In this document: piece by piece, positions 27,431 through 42,200 of the stretch | Position numbering within the stretch: the first letter of the stretch is position 1 | How the letters are laid out: each line of letters opens with the position of its first letter | From: Tubiluchus corallicola | Lineage: Eukaryota; Animalia; Priapulida | DNA: 64,000 bases | Direction: 5' to 3' | Assembly: GCA_030141605.1 (NCBI GenBank) | Contig: JAQGDQ010000318.1 | Coordinates: 1 to 64,000, forward strand | Made by a program: the position numbers and the translations under genes | Notes under the pieces: model-generated | Seen by the model: only the letters and a program-made list of their open reading frames with translations | Databases searched by the model: none | What the model was told of the DNA's origin: nothing

Positions 27431-27967
27431 TAGTTCTTCGCCACCCTTTCACCAATCACTGGAATATCATTAACTCAGATAATTTATTCATTTAATAATC
27501 TTGTCACTTTGTATCATACTTTCATATTATCGTTTCATGCTCTGTGTTTTTCTTGTAAAAAAGGTGATAAATAAAGATACTTACTTATGTATGTGTCATG
27601 TCCCATACTTGATAATTTTATCCCCTATCCTGTACTGACTTTTCTGGGACACCCAAATGTTCCGTATTTAGCTCATTTTCCAAATTCCGTAACAAAAATA
27701 CATTTTGCAATAATTTCTCCTCAGAATTTCGTTTAGTTTTCTATACTGCCTGTATTAAATAATAATAATATATCTCCGTTCCGTTGTCTGTATTAAATAG
27801 AAATTTTTAAATGATTTCACTTTCACGGGATTTTTTTAGCTTGTAATTGTATTAAACTTGTAACCCATTGAAGTTCTTGCTTTATGTTTTACACACATGT
27901 CTCTACTTTTCTATGATATATTGGTGTGGGTGTGTAGGCATGTATAAATTTATATACATAGTATAGA

Positions 27968-28517
27968 GACTACGGCCAAATCACGTTGAAAACACCGGTT
28001 CTCCTCTGATCACTGAAGTTAAGCAACGTAGAGCCTGGTTGGTAATTGGATGGGTGAGCCTGGTTAGTACTTGGATGGGTCCTTGCAGGATGCCCACACT
28101 GTATCTCGACACTAGGCGGAGGAGCTGCACAAGCAGCTAACGGCTAGAGGGCGGAGGAGGTCAAGTGACCCTACGGCCTTTTGTAGAGGAGTAAACCTTC
28201 CAAATCAGGAGTGGAGCCCCGAAGGCGGAGCAGTGCAGCATGCTCACTGACTCCGGCAGCTCCTGCAGCCAACCTGGTGCCAAATGTATCACTCCGCTTT
28301 CCTTTGGACTACACCAGGGAGGAAGAGAGGGGGTTCCTGTTGTCTATCTAGGCAACTCGGGATCTCCATACACCTCGCCCAGGCGTGCGCCAAGGATCGG
28401 ACTGCTCAGCCACAGTCGATGCTGCAGCTCCATCAATGTGATCAATAACTGACTCTCTTGGCGCACACTCCATTGTCTTCCGAGACGAAGGATGCCAACA
28501 ACAACAACAACAACAAC
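27968..28517 (+). mobile_element. SINE3 copy with rearranged 5S head and (CAA)n tail
   Basis: 5S head with an internal ~25-bp duplication and a 3' deletion; same body as 8799-9220; ends GGATGC(CAA)n. Confidence 0.88.
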
Positions 28518-29668
28518 TAAGCATAGAAAGAGGTTTAAGAGTGTCCCGTATTTCTAATTTTCTAATCTGGCAACCCTATGTAAATTGAACAGTAGCATAC
28601 ACAAAGGTACAAGCTCTGCACACCAGATGCTACCAACTGAAGCGTGTGACTCATATCTATGAGCCGTGGAGCTCAGGTGTTTATCTTTCTCAATTAAAAT
28701 CATGTTCGTTTGTGAGCAATTGTTACCTGTCAAAATGAGCGGGAAAGTTTTTATTTCAAAAACCTGCAAATTACTTCCCCGCGTAATAAATTAGTTCCTC
28801 ACATAAAAATCTCGATACTTTAGGTAGGACAGAATGGCATACTGTGTAGCAACTATTGCTGTGCAACTAAGTAGCTAAGCAGGCGATAACGATTTAAACT
28901 AATGGACGTTTTTGACTGTGTCAGAAACTGTGGTGAGATTCTGCTTCTGTGACAGGAGATGCTTTAATGACAGCTTTTGTTTTGTATTTACAAATAAAAA
29001 TTGTTTTCAAAATAATCAACAACAATTTTCTTTTTGCCCCCTACCGGGTCAAGAGTCAACTAATCTGGGAGTAACTCATACCATTCCATTGTGCTCAACA
29101 ACACCTTTCATTTGACATAGTACAAGTTACGGTTACTTGACACTGGAAGCAAAGCGTCCCAACCAGCAAGCTCGCCCCCCCTCCCACAGCGGGGACAGGA
29201 GTCAACCTAAATTAGCGAAACCAAAATTCGTCTCATCGAGCCCTTTCATTTGATGTATTACACGACAACGTTACTCGAAACTTGAAGCATTGGTGTAACT
29301 GCCCCCCCCCCCCCGATTTTGGTTTTCGCCCCTACCGAAAATTCTTCCCATACGCAAATGGCTCATTTTCAGCCGGGCACAACAACTCGACACTATCTAG
29401 CTACATATCAAAAATTGTGACCCTAACTCAAAAATTGTAGGAGGAGATACAGCCTAATAAAAAACCAACAAGCCCAGCCCACTCTGTAACCTTTGACCCA
29501 GTTCCTTGTGACTTTGAATAAACTCCATCTTGTGCGTTTAAATATTACTGCGTAGCATGGTTTAGAATTATCCTGCTCTCCATTGACCTCCTAAACTAGA
29601 CGTTTAATACGTATCGGCTATCACACGGCAACAAAGCCACTATATCAATGCATTCTTACAGGCCTAAC

Positions 29669-30089
29669 CAGGGGCATATAAGGGCTTTACGATGCCCTAG
29701 GCTGATGGTTCTGTCCCGCTCACTTCTATTGTGAATTTATGGTTGCTTAAAGTAACGTGCAGATTGAACAATTGTCGTGTACTGGAAGCACTATTAACTT
29801 AGTTTCTATATTGTCATTATTGGTTTTATGTATTTGCATAGCGCTTACATTCAAGCAGGCTGCACAACTGTTTGTTGTGTAATACCTTGCACCTGCTCGT
29901 TATGTGGCACTTATATAGAAGCTGAACTTAGTAACTGCATGTGGTGTGTTATAAAATGCGCCCTTTATATGAATATGAAAGTATACACATTTTCCGAGGA
30001 GAATAAGAATTTTTTCTAAAATGTCACACCCCTCAAGCTTTGGCGCCCTAGGCTATAGCCAAGTTAGCCTATTGGTTAATACGCTTCTG
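29669..30089. mobile_element. Older hAT-like MITE
   Basis: CAG...CTG termini; degenerate TSD ggcctaac/ggactaat; inverted relative at ~36580-37010. Confidence 0.65.
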
Positions 30090-30208
30090 GGACTAATTAA
30101 TATCTATTACAGATTTGCTTTCTGCTCACTAATGAATTCGCTTGAGATCATATCTATCACAGCAGATCACAGACTAGCAAAACAAGAAACAATTTCAGCA
30201 CAAATAGC

Positions 30209-33200
30209 TTATAGTTTGTTCGCAAAACCGGCTTGAAATGGCAGTTTCAAATCCGTCGTTTTGTCTTTGACGCCAGATGCCGTCACGGCAGCCGTCAGCT
30301 GTTCTGTCGTCAAGATCTTTTCATGTTGTAGAGCAAAGAGCAGCTGTTGCCTTGAAACACCGACAAAATTATTTCGAAGAAAAGCCGGAAAGCCGTAGCC
30401 GTTGTCCATGGTGTACAGGGGGATGGTCAGCAATCCCATTACCTGGAAGAAAAATTAGATTATAAATTTAAAAAAGTAAAAAAACTTGGCATTATTTTTG
30501 TCTTTCTCTGTTTTGATACAGAATTTGGAAGATGATAATCAGACAAGGGACTAGGTAGAGTTTCCACACTCGTTACAACAGCAGAAACCACACTCGTTGC
30601 AAGGGACTAGGTAGAGTTTCCACACTCGTTACAAGGGACTAGGCAGAGTTTCCACACTCGTTACAAGGGACTACGTAGTGTTTCCACACTCGTTACAAAG
30701 GACTAGGTAGAGTTTCCACACTCGTTACATAGGACTAGGTAGAGTTTCCGCACTCGTTACAAAAGACTAGGTAGAGTTTCCACACTCGTTACAAAGGACT
30801 AGGTAGAGTTTCCACACTCGTTACAAGGGACTAGGTAGAGTTTCCACACTCGTTACAAGGGACTAGGTAGAGTTTCCACACTCGTTACAAGGGACTAGGT
30901 AGAGTTTCCACACTCGTTACAAAGGACTAGGTAGAGTTTCCACACTCGTTACAAGGGACTAGGTAGAGTTTCCACACTCGTTGCAAGGGACTAGGTAGAG
31001 TTTCCACACTCTTTACAAGAGACTAGGTAGAGTTTCCACACTCGTTACAAGGGACTAGGTAGAGTTTCCACACTCGTTACAAGGGACTAGGTAGAGTTTC
31101 CACACTCGTTACAAGGGACTAGGTAGAGTTTCCACACTCGTTACAAGGGACTAGGTAGAGTTTCCACACTCGTTACAAAGGACTAGGTAGAGTTTCCACA
31201 CTCGTTACATAGGACTAGGTAGAGTTTCCGCACTCGTTACAAAGGACTAGGTAGAGTTTCCACACTCGTTACAAAGGACTAGGTAGAGTTTCCACCTCGT
31301 TACAGGACAGGTTCCACACTCGTTACAAGGACTGGTAGAGTTTCCACACTCGTTACAAGGACTAGGTAGAGTTTCCACTCGTTACAAGGACTAGGTAGAG
31401 TTTCCACCTCGTTACAAGGGACTAGGTAGAGTTTCCACACTCGTTACAAGGGACTAGGTAGAGTTTCCACACTCGTTACAAGGGACGGTAGAGTTTCCAC
31501 ACTCGTTACAAGGGACTAGGTAGAGTTTCCACACTCGTTACAAGGGACTAGGTAGAGTTTCCACACTCGTTACAAGGGACTAGGTAGAGTTTCCACACTC
31601 GTTACAAGGGACTAGGTAGAGTTTCCACACTCGTTACAAAGGACTAGGTAGAGTTTCCACACTCGTTACAAAGGACTAGGTAGAGTTTCCACACTCGTTA
31701 CAAAGGACTAGGTAGAGTTTCCACACTCGTTACAAAGGACTAGGTAGAGTTTCCACACTCGTTACAAGGGACTAGGTAGAGTTTCCACACTCGTTACAAA
31801 GGACTAGGTAGAGTTTCCACACTCGTTACAAGGGACTAGGTAGAGTTTCCACACTCGTTACAAGGGACTAGGTAGAGTTTCCACACTCGTTACAAGGGAC
31901 TAGGTAGAGTTTCCACACTCGTTACAAGGGACTAGGTAGAGTTTCCACACTCGTTACAAGGGACTAGGTAGAGTTTCCACACTCGTTACAAGGGACTAGG
32001 TAGAGTTTCCACACTCGTTACAAAGGACTAGGTAGAGTTTCCACACTCGTTGCAAGGGACTAGGTAGAGTTTCCACACTCGTTACAAAGGACTAGGTAGA
32101 GTTTCCACACTCGTTACAAAGGACTAGGTAGAGTTTCCACACTCGTTACAAGGGACTAGGTAGAGTTTCCACACTCGTTACAAGGGACTAGGTAGAGTTT
32201 CCACACTCGTTACAAGAGACTAGGTAGAGTTTCCACACTCGTTACAAGGGACTAGGTAGAGTTTTCACACTCGTTACAAGGGACTAGGTAGAGTTTCCAC
32301 ACTCGTTACAAGAGACTAGGTAGAGTTTCCACACTCGTTACAAGGGACTAGGTAGAGTTTTCACACTCGTTACAAGGGACTAGGTAGAGTTTCCACACTC
32401 GTTACAAGGGACTAGGTAGAGTTTCCACACTCGTTACAAAGGACTAGGTAGAGTTTCCACACTCGTTACAAGGGACTAGGTAGAGTTTCCACACTCATTA
32501 CAAGGGACTAGGTAGAGTTTCCACACTCGTTACAAGGGACTAGGTAGAGTTTCCACACTCGTTAGAAAGGACTAGGTAGAGTTTCCACACTCGTTGCAAG
32601 GGACTAGGTAGAGTTTCCACACTCGTTACAAGAACAACAGAAACCACAGTCATTACTAATAGATATATGCCACAATCCAGGCCTTTCTTGAATAGCTAAT
32701 TCTGGCAGCTGTGGTTTTAGTCTTTCCTAATATTTGATCTCAATCCGTATTATTTTTATCTGCATGAATCTGCTATTAAACACAGCCTGTTTTGCACCAA
32801 ACGGCATTGGGTGAGACCAGCCGAGTGGTCACGGCGTGTGCCTGACTTTGATGTTAACCTGTACGAGGTTTGATTGGAAAATAAAGATGTGTTGGCGGTC
32901 AAGAAAAACTGATTTTGGGCGATTATATCGGTCATACATTACTATCCTCCAAAACACTACGAAGCTACCTAATATCAAATGTGCATCATTAGTTATCAGC
33001 TAGCTTCTGATTCTTCATAGATTTGGTCACTTTGCGACATCGTAGAATGCAATTGCGATACTCATTACGATCAGCACAGCCATTGCTTTTGCCTTTGTAA
33101 GATTCGCATACAGTAAGCCCCGCATAACTCCAACCGGACCGAATAAACTCAGAGTTAGACGATGTTGACCAGCATAGAAACTCTAAACCTTCTCCAGACG

Positions 33201-36200
33201 GCGAGCTAAATAGAAGGCAGAAAGTCAACCCTTCTATGCATAAACGACGAGATTTGATGACAATTACGTAAAGAATTACAAATTATGTAGTGAAACGAGA
33301 TTTTTTTCAGGTTAAAGAGGGACACGTACACAACACTGTTAATCAATATGACAGTGAGGCCACCAATGTCTTACATACTGCAGTTCATTGTTTGACTGAT
33401 TGTTGCCAACTGAGACTTTCCCGGTGCTGTGGAGATTGCTGGCATCTATTAGAATTAAATAGAACATTGTAGAATGTTCCATTAGAATAATCGTCTTACC
33501 GTGTAGAATGTTCTAGAAAGAAACATCTGGAATGTTCCCTGGCACCCTATATAAGGCGAAGCAGGCCGCTGAGACACGCAGATTCACACGGACGCCACTT
33601 ACACATTCTCTTGTATACTTGTATTTTCAGATACACTCAAACGTTTTCCAGATTTTCACGTTTAGTGTAAACATTTCGCGTTCCTTCATACGTTTGTGTT
33701 GTAGAATTCTCGCTTAATAAACTAGTTAATTTGACGAAGTGTTTTCTGGATTTCTCTACGAGCCTTCCGAGAGAAACAAAGCACAACACCCGGAAAGATG
33801 AATCCTGGAGAAAATAATCGTTACACGACTTATAATGCATCAGAATTTTCCCGGAAGATGATACTGTTTTTGAGTTGTACAAAACATTTCATTTTTCTAG
33901 AGCACAAATTGCATTTTTGAGTTAGGCAAAGTAAATTACACGTATTTTGATCAAATGGACCATAATTTTTATTTGAGTCAGACAAAATGTTGAGTTATAC
34001 TGAGGTTACTGTAGCTACGTATTAGAAGCCAGTAAGTAATTTCTGAGTCTACTAAGTTCTTCTATGTAATAAACTTAGGATTAAGTTCTACATAGAATGG
34101 AAGACAACCTAAAGCAGGGGTGTGCAAATTATCTGACTAGCCGGGCCACATTAAACATTCCCACAATTCCTGCGGGCCACAGGCAGTTTAATCAAGGAGC
34201 CAAGTACAGAAGGGCCTAATAACAATTTTTTGCATCCGACCTGCGTACATCATTACTACTACACTCAAGAAAGTATTTTAGAAGTTATTAAAATTTATAT
34301 TACAAACCATATATTTCTACTTTCAGGACAGATAGTGGTAATTTCATTACTATGCATATTAGTAATGTGTATCACACAGTCTGTGTAGTACAGTGACATT
34401 AAGCTACAACCGTCTTGTAAGGGTTAATGGCATCCGATCTAGTAGAAAAAACTACCTGCACTATCTTTGGGATCGTGGCACGGACTTCAGCTGGATACAC
34501 TCAATTAATCGCCCGGGCCGCACTTTCATTAGGTTGACAAATCTTTTCGCGGGCCGCATAAATTCTCTCGGCGGGCCGCAATTTGCACACCCCTGGCCTA
34601 AAGAAATTAACCGATGTCAACAGAGCACATTTAATTTTACCTCTGTACCGTAATCCTGTGACTCGTGTGCGGCTCTAATAATTCCATTCAGCTGTTCTAA
34701 TGTAACCTCCATGGCATAGAAGTGAAAGCATATGTGTCTCTCACTGTCCAACAGGCTCAGAACATGGTGACTCCTGCCTACGTGAAACCTTAAGGTAAGA
34801 AAACTTTCATATTTATATATGCAAAAAAATATATGTAAAAAGACAAGAAAAGGGGTGCCTGAAATAGGTTTCAGAAAAATCTTAAAAATTATACTAGTTT
34901 ATAGTAATTTTATGCGTACATCGTACACGCGCTGAAAGGAATTTTTGTTTGTTTTCATTTTAATCTCCCTCAATACTGTTCCGATGGTGCCATTACAAGA
35001 CGTCATGACGCCTCGTAAATCAGAGGGAGAAAAGGAAATGTTACATTATGACACAAAAAACTTCCCATGCAAATCTATATTACTTAGCATTTCGCTTACC
35101 TGCTGGAAAGACTTATGTAACTAGAAATATAAATTTAAAATGAATGTGCCAGTTGGTAAACCTCCAGGGTGCACCACTCACTAACCAAACATGTAATTTA
35201 ATCTTATTGACAAGCTACAATAATTTTAAATTTTACTAAATTAGCAACATGTATGCTACGAATGCTTTGATTATTTTTTAAAACTTAACTTAATGTTATC
35301 TAAACTTGTTTCAAATCAAAATTGCTGTGCATAACGGTCGTCGCAGGAGTTTAAATTTACAAGTTTTAAACAGTGTGATTTCATGTTTGCACCCAGTTAC
35401 ATGCAGTTTGCCATTTGCCAGTTAGATGGACACAGTGCCCTTCATCTCGGAAATGTATTGCACAAAAAAAAACAGGCAATGTAGCTCTCAGTTCATTTCT
35501 GATACGTTACACATTTGAGGTGAAATCGCATGATGACACGTCGGCAAACTAGGAATTTAAATTTTTAAACATAAATTTAGCAGTTTTTGAATATCACAAC
35601 CAATGTTGTACAGTAGCACTTCATTTCAATTTTTGCTTTTGCTAATGTGTGCAACAAGCTCTCGTGGAATATTTGTGCCGTTACAAAATCATATTCAGTT
35701 CTGACGTCATCGCTTGGTGTGCTCTCCACTGAAATACCATAATTAAGCTTTTAATAGACTCAAATGCTTAACTCTCTTCAAAAATGCCTGGTACAGGCCA
35801 CTTCCATTCAAGTATACATAAAAACTATCAGTAATTGATTGAAATAATTCCACATAATTGACTCAATGTTTTTCCTTCACATACTTAAGATAAGACATTT
35901 GTATGTGCCCAAATAACCTTTCCTACTTTTACGTCGTCTTTAGTTCATTTAATTATCAGCAAATTTTGGCATTATTGTTAAGTGTTAAAATGTATGCATT
36001 TTTCCAAACTTTAAAATAGAATAGGATATAAAAAACATTCTGTTTTTATTTAAATAAACAGATATATGTACGTAAGAAATAAACTACCTCCATTTTTAAT
36101 TATCTTTGTTAGTAATATATTTGTGGATTATAATTTAACTAACTGTAACCATATGACTACAGGTGCTCAGATAAAAATTCATTTTGTGCTTACAGTTATT

Positions 36201-39200
36201 ACAACAACATCATCATCATCATCATCATCATCATATGCCTGTCACGTCTATTGTAGACATTGGGCAGGCAGAATTCCAAAATAAAAGAAATCTGCCTTCA
36301 GACAGGTAAACGCATCAGTAATCCAGCAAAAAACTAGACACTGCTACGCCAGTGGCTTGTCAGCACCACTTCCGACAATAGATGATTTGCTAAATACTGA
36401 CAATGTAAGTAATCTTTTCTAAACCTGGAGAGCATAGATATAATGTTGATTGGGCTAACGCTAATGAAGGTCAGTTATCCAATTACAGGCATTGTACACA
36501 TACTGCTTAACTAGGTATAGCGATACCGTACAGCGCGCTACTTTGTAATGATGTGTACTGTGAAAACGAGCAACGATAAATGAGTGTATTAACCAATGGG
36601 TTTACTGGGCTATATAGCCTAGGGTGCCAAAGTGTGAGGGACGTCACGTTTTAGAAAAAATAGAAAAAAATTATTATCATCGGAAAACGTGTATACTTTC
36701 ATATTCATATAAAGTATGCAATTTATAACACACCACAGGCAGTTAGTGAGAGCAGCTTTTATATAAGTGCCACATAATGAACAGGTGCAAGATATTACAC
36801 AACAAGCATTGTGCAGCCTGCTTGAATATAAGCTCTCTGCAAATACGTGTAAATAATAATGACCACATAGAAACTAGGTTAATAGTGTTTCTAATACACC
36901 ACAAGTAATTGTTTGATCTACTCATTACATAAGCAACTATAAATTCACAATAGAGATGGATGGAACAAAGATATCCGGCTAGGGCGTCGTAAAGTCTTGT
37001 TACACCCCTGACTATCTCCAACAATGTATGAAAATTAACTTGTACGGTTTGTGTGTGAACTTCAAACCTTTCCAGATTAAGGTTAATCTCCTCATGTAAT
37101 TCCCGGTTTAGCCCGCCTTCACAGGATTCCCCGGCATCGATCAAGCCTCCAGAGAAGCCAAGACAGCCGTCGTATCTCGCTTCCATCTGGAATGTAAAAA
37201 AACTGACAATGACACCAGCAAACCAATGTACAGCGTTAAAAACATAGAAATGTAGGAAAAAATGTACAGCATTAAAATCATTGTCATTTGATCAATTACC
37301 AAGATTAAGGTGGTTTAATCCACACAGCCTTAACCCACAGGATTGTACCGTAAAATGTGTAAGTAGTATACATTAATTGCGTAAATGTAATTTAAATTAC
37401 AGACTTTTGTTGACTTTCAGATACACATGTAAACTTGCCAGCATACAGTAGGCACCGGGTGGGTTACTTAGTTTACAGAGTTCGCTCAGTAAGTCAAAAA
37501 AGGTTGTTGAAGCACTTGGCAGAATAACTGTTTATATTGTACAGTAACCAGATGATGCCATTTTTCACCAAAATGAGAGCGTCCAAGCGTGAAGTGATCG
37601 CGATTTTTAATTGCAATTATTAATTACACGAGGCGCTTATCACAATTTCATTGCTGAAACTTTCTAACATTTTTCTCAAATATTAGAATAAACTCAACTT
37701 CCCAAGAGACTTTGCTTTTGCGTTCAGGGGTAACTTAATTCTAGAACTGAACAATTTTTGCCTTTAGTTTGATAACGTACAAAAGCCATATCTTGAAAAC
37801 GATTTAAAATCTATAAACTCGTTACTTTCACAGCCAAAAGCTAATGTAATGTAATATCATGCTGTGAAACCTCAATTTTGCAATGCACTTGCTTCTAATA
37901 CTATTGCATTCGAAACTTCGGCCATTTTTTTCTGTTCCGCACGATATGAAAATATAACAAAGCATTGGCTTTACCTTATCAGTTTCAAACAAATATGTAA
38001 TTGGAAAATTCCTAGCAATTTAACTGGCATGTGAGCACAAAAAGTGAAATTTTGGTCTAAGGGAAGCGTAATGTAGGCAGTTATTATACATGTATTGCTA
38101 ATTAAAAGAAAGGACAAGTCACTTGGCATATTGTGCTAATTTTACTATTGTGACTTTAACGTAGAAAAGTATAACAAAGAAATTTCCCAAAAATCAGCCT
38201 GTAAAGCTTAAAATGAAATTACACTACTAGTGTTCAGCAGTAGATTATGGCCAATGTTTATGCAAAATGCAAAATTAACTATCAAATTTTTTTGCAAAAA
38301 AACTTGTACTTTTGACGGAAATTGAGAGTGAAATGCCATTCTTCAGTTGATGAAGCATGCAAGCATGAAATGATCACGATTTTAATTTGACTTTACACTT
38401 TACACGAGATGTTTTTCACACTTTTATTATAAAATCCTTCTAACATTTTTTGCGAGAATAGAAATACAGTCCCAGAGGGCGTGCATTTCCTTTGACTCTC
38501 TGTACGAAATTATTAGAGGAATTTGGGGTCCCCAACTTGCAGTTGTCAGAGTCTAAGAAACATCAAACATAAATTTATTACATTTGTAGTTTTCCACCAA
38601 ATGTGAGAAAATTTCAACAATTTTTCGACTTGTAGACAGGTGCAGAACATTACAAAACGCACAAAATAAATACACAGAAAGAAGATACGTGACATTACGC
38701 AGTAGTGGCCAAAGTAATTTGGTTAAGCAACAAGATTATTGATAAGGCTGAGGCAGGTTGTGGCAAAGATATTTTTCTAGCAAACATTACTAAAGGTCTA
38801 AAATGACAGAAATTTAGTCATAAACAAAATACTGCAGTGAACTTTGATATTTTATGCTACCAAAAACACTACAATTTTACTGAACTATATTGATTTAGTA
38901 CGCCTATTAAATTTACGACCCACTCAGACTGTCATATCACCAGTTTAGATGAAATCGATTTAGAAACAACGTCACTCAAGGAAATACATATTCTTGTGAT
39001 CGAAAAGGTGTCGAAGTATAAGGTAGGTTTTGAAATTGTTAGTATGATAATGTAAAGTCTTTGCAGATTTATTTTGTCGAGATAAAGTTTTTGTTGAAAT
39101 GTAGTTAATGCCTTTAGGGTTGCTCCAGAAATTATACTTCCGTCACAGTAATTGTTAAAAGGAGGCAATGGCGATAACTATTGTCGCTGTCATGCTATTG

Positions 39201-42200
39201 TAGCTCTAGAAACTGCACTGATATTTCATTAATGATTTGGATTGGTGTGAGCTGCTATGTTTGTGGAGAGTTAGTAGATTACTATAACATGTTGGCTGCT
39301 TGTCATGATTGGTTGCCTGATCATCAAATGATAGAAACAAATTATCAGCTCCGTCGAATAATGTATTCTAGTAGCTTTCGTAATGCAATAATGAATAATA
39401 CAATTTATTATGCATTGTGTAACATATACTTCTGTTTTTATACTAAATTCACATTGAATATATATTTTTGCATTGTGCTGCATGCGTGCGTATAGCAATT
39501 CCATTTTAATTTGTAAAACAGGTGAAAATAGACGGTGCGTTAGCTGATTCTAAATTAGGTGCTGTAAAAGTGATTTTAATTATACGTGTAATAATAACAA
39601 ATAATAATTAGCATTATCTGTTTATCAGTTACACCTGGTTGTTTTTTCAGCATAGAATCATGGCAGACATGCGTGACACAGAAGATACAGATATGAAGCC
39701 ATCTTCGTATACTCCTACAGCAACTCCACAAGCAGTACCTGCCACAGGCCAAACTCCACAAGTTGTGTTTGCACCAATTTCTGCTCCTCAAGGAGCATTT
39801 GCGCCTGAAGGAGTCTTCACAGCAAGCTATGCGCCTCAGACAGTATACCAAGCACCACCAAATCAGCTTCAAGTACCTTTCACAGAAGTCAATTTGGCAA
39901 CTGCCCACCAGTCAAAGTGCAACTGCATAAAAATTCTTTCTCTTCTGCAGGTACGAACATTTTTGTGACTTTTGTGTTAAAATGGTAGTTTCAATTGCGG
40001 TAATTAAAATAGTATATAGATTGATTGTTTTATGCCTGAATAAAAGGAGTTAGGGTAAAAGAAACAAGTTCCTGGACAAGCTCAATAGCCACTTAATGTA
40101 ACAGATTTCAGTGAGTAAAAACACATTTCAAATGACATACAATTCACAAAAATAGTGACAGGAGATATCTCTTGCCGTTTTTCTTGAATTGGGTGAGACT
40201 GTAAGACTTTTAAGAGAGTTTCTTCGAGGTCCCATGGCAGACGGGTTTAGCGTTGGGATGGGTGGTTATGACATCAATTTTCGTAGCCTTGGTATCCAAG
40301 AACTAGAGGCGGTTTGCTCACTGCTTGGCCGCTTTTCATTCGTTTGACGCATGATTCGAGATATCTCGACATGAGCGGCATTTGAACCCATAACCTCCGG
40401 ATCGGCAGATAAGTGCCACCCACTAAGCTAGTGTGTATTTCACAAATTTGTAATATTGACGAAGGGTCAGATAAAATGAGTGGGTCTTTATGAATAATTT
40501 AATGGCATTTTGAGAACCAATGATGATAGCTCGTAAGGGCATTATTTACAGAAGTAGACGTAATGATCTTTGATGCGCAGAGGCTGCAGAATTGACATCA
40601 AATGAGGTCCGTTAAGGAAAAAGCTGAAGTGCTAGCCAAGAAATGACTGCAGTTTTCCAAGCAAGATCAATAAGTTGAGTTGTAAAAATAAAGTCTAGGT
40701 TCAGGAGTCAAGTAATCTGGAACGCAAAATTGATATCTTGCAATGCTCCTTCTTGTAGATGCATCAGATCTGCTTTTCTATGTTTGAGCATATACTAGCT
40801 GACTTGAAGACAATATAACTTAAAAGCAGGCCGTTTTCACACTCATTTTAACCTAAAAGCTAAATAAAAGATTTTATTAGCTATAATAGGCTGTTTACCA
40901 AAATTGTACTTAATAAATAATAATCAATTGGAAATTTAATTAACATCTGATAAATGCAGTTGAAGTTTACAAGTACGAAATGTAAAATGTTTCGTGGATG
41001 GGTTAAATGCACTGACGCTGAAGTAACATACAAGGCAGTGGTTTGCACTTCCACAAAGAAGTTTCTGTGTATCAAAGGCGGTTAACGAAACGAAGTTACA
41101 GGTTTATGTTTTTGCAGGTTCTGTGTGGCTGTGTTGCATTTATTCTGGAAATACCAATAATAATCTTCATCGGGCGTTATGCTGGCCTCAGTACCTTCAA
41201 CTCCGCTATTGGTGCTGGCATTTGGTGCGGGATTTTCTTCATTATTGCCGGTGGTTTAGGTCTTTTTGCAGCTCGCAAAAAACAGAAATGCTTAATTGTT
41301 TCTTTAATGGTGTCAAGTATTCTTGCTGCGGTATTTGCATACACTCTTTTAATTTCAGCTTCAGTATACTTAGGTAGTATGCGAGATAATTGTATTTACC
41401 ACTACAAGTGTTACAATGCCTACAAATTTCTTCTGGCTGCTTTCTGGATCCAAGCAGCATTAGCAGTTACAGAAATGCTTGCTTCTATTTGGTCTGCATC
41501 CCTTTGCTGCAAAGCAGTTTGTTGCGGAGCAGTAAGTAATCCAGGAGTTGTATACTATGCACCTGGTCAACAAAGTGGAGTTTTGGTTACACCAGGAGTG
41601 CAAGTTCAGCAGCAAACACAGTTCCAAGGACAGCAGCCTACAGGAGGGCAAGTGGTTCAGCCTCTTTATGCGTATGGTACGACAGTGCCAAATATGCAGT
41701 AGGAAACATGATAAATAGCTAATTATTGAAGAGCACTTTTAACAATAGAGTTTTGTATCTTGATATTGCTCGTATACATCTTATATGTATTGATAAAGCA
41801 GTGAAGCAACTGTAATATTGAATAATAATTTAAATGTTGATTTTAATGCCGCTTTTTTGTTGTTATTTGTTGTTAAAACTGTTACAGTGGAATAAGTTAG
41901 GTGCAGAAATTACAATGGAGTGATCTAAGCCTATGGAAATTCAAAATGCTAGATCAGAAAGTAAGCTAAAGATTATTCACTGACTTTTATCAGTCTAACT
42001 GATCGATTTTGTGACTGAAATGAATGTTTTGTTATTTTAACTCAGATTCTCGTGATAGTATGAAAATTTGTTCAATTGGTTTAGGTCATCGATCGATCTT
42101 GGTGCCTGAAAATCATCATTATTGTTATTCTCAATTATCATTATTATTACCGATTCGTATTATAACCATCTTGTAGCTATCATTGCTAATATCATCAACC

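Noticed and set aside
30543-32632. CRISPR-like array (32-bp repeats)
   Set aside because: Head-to-tail units with no unique spacers and no cas genes, in a eukaryotic intron.
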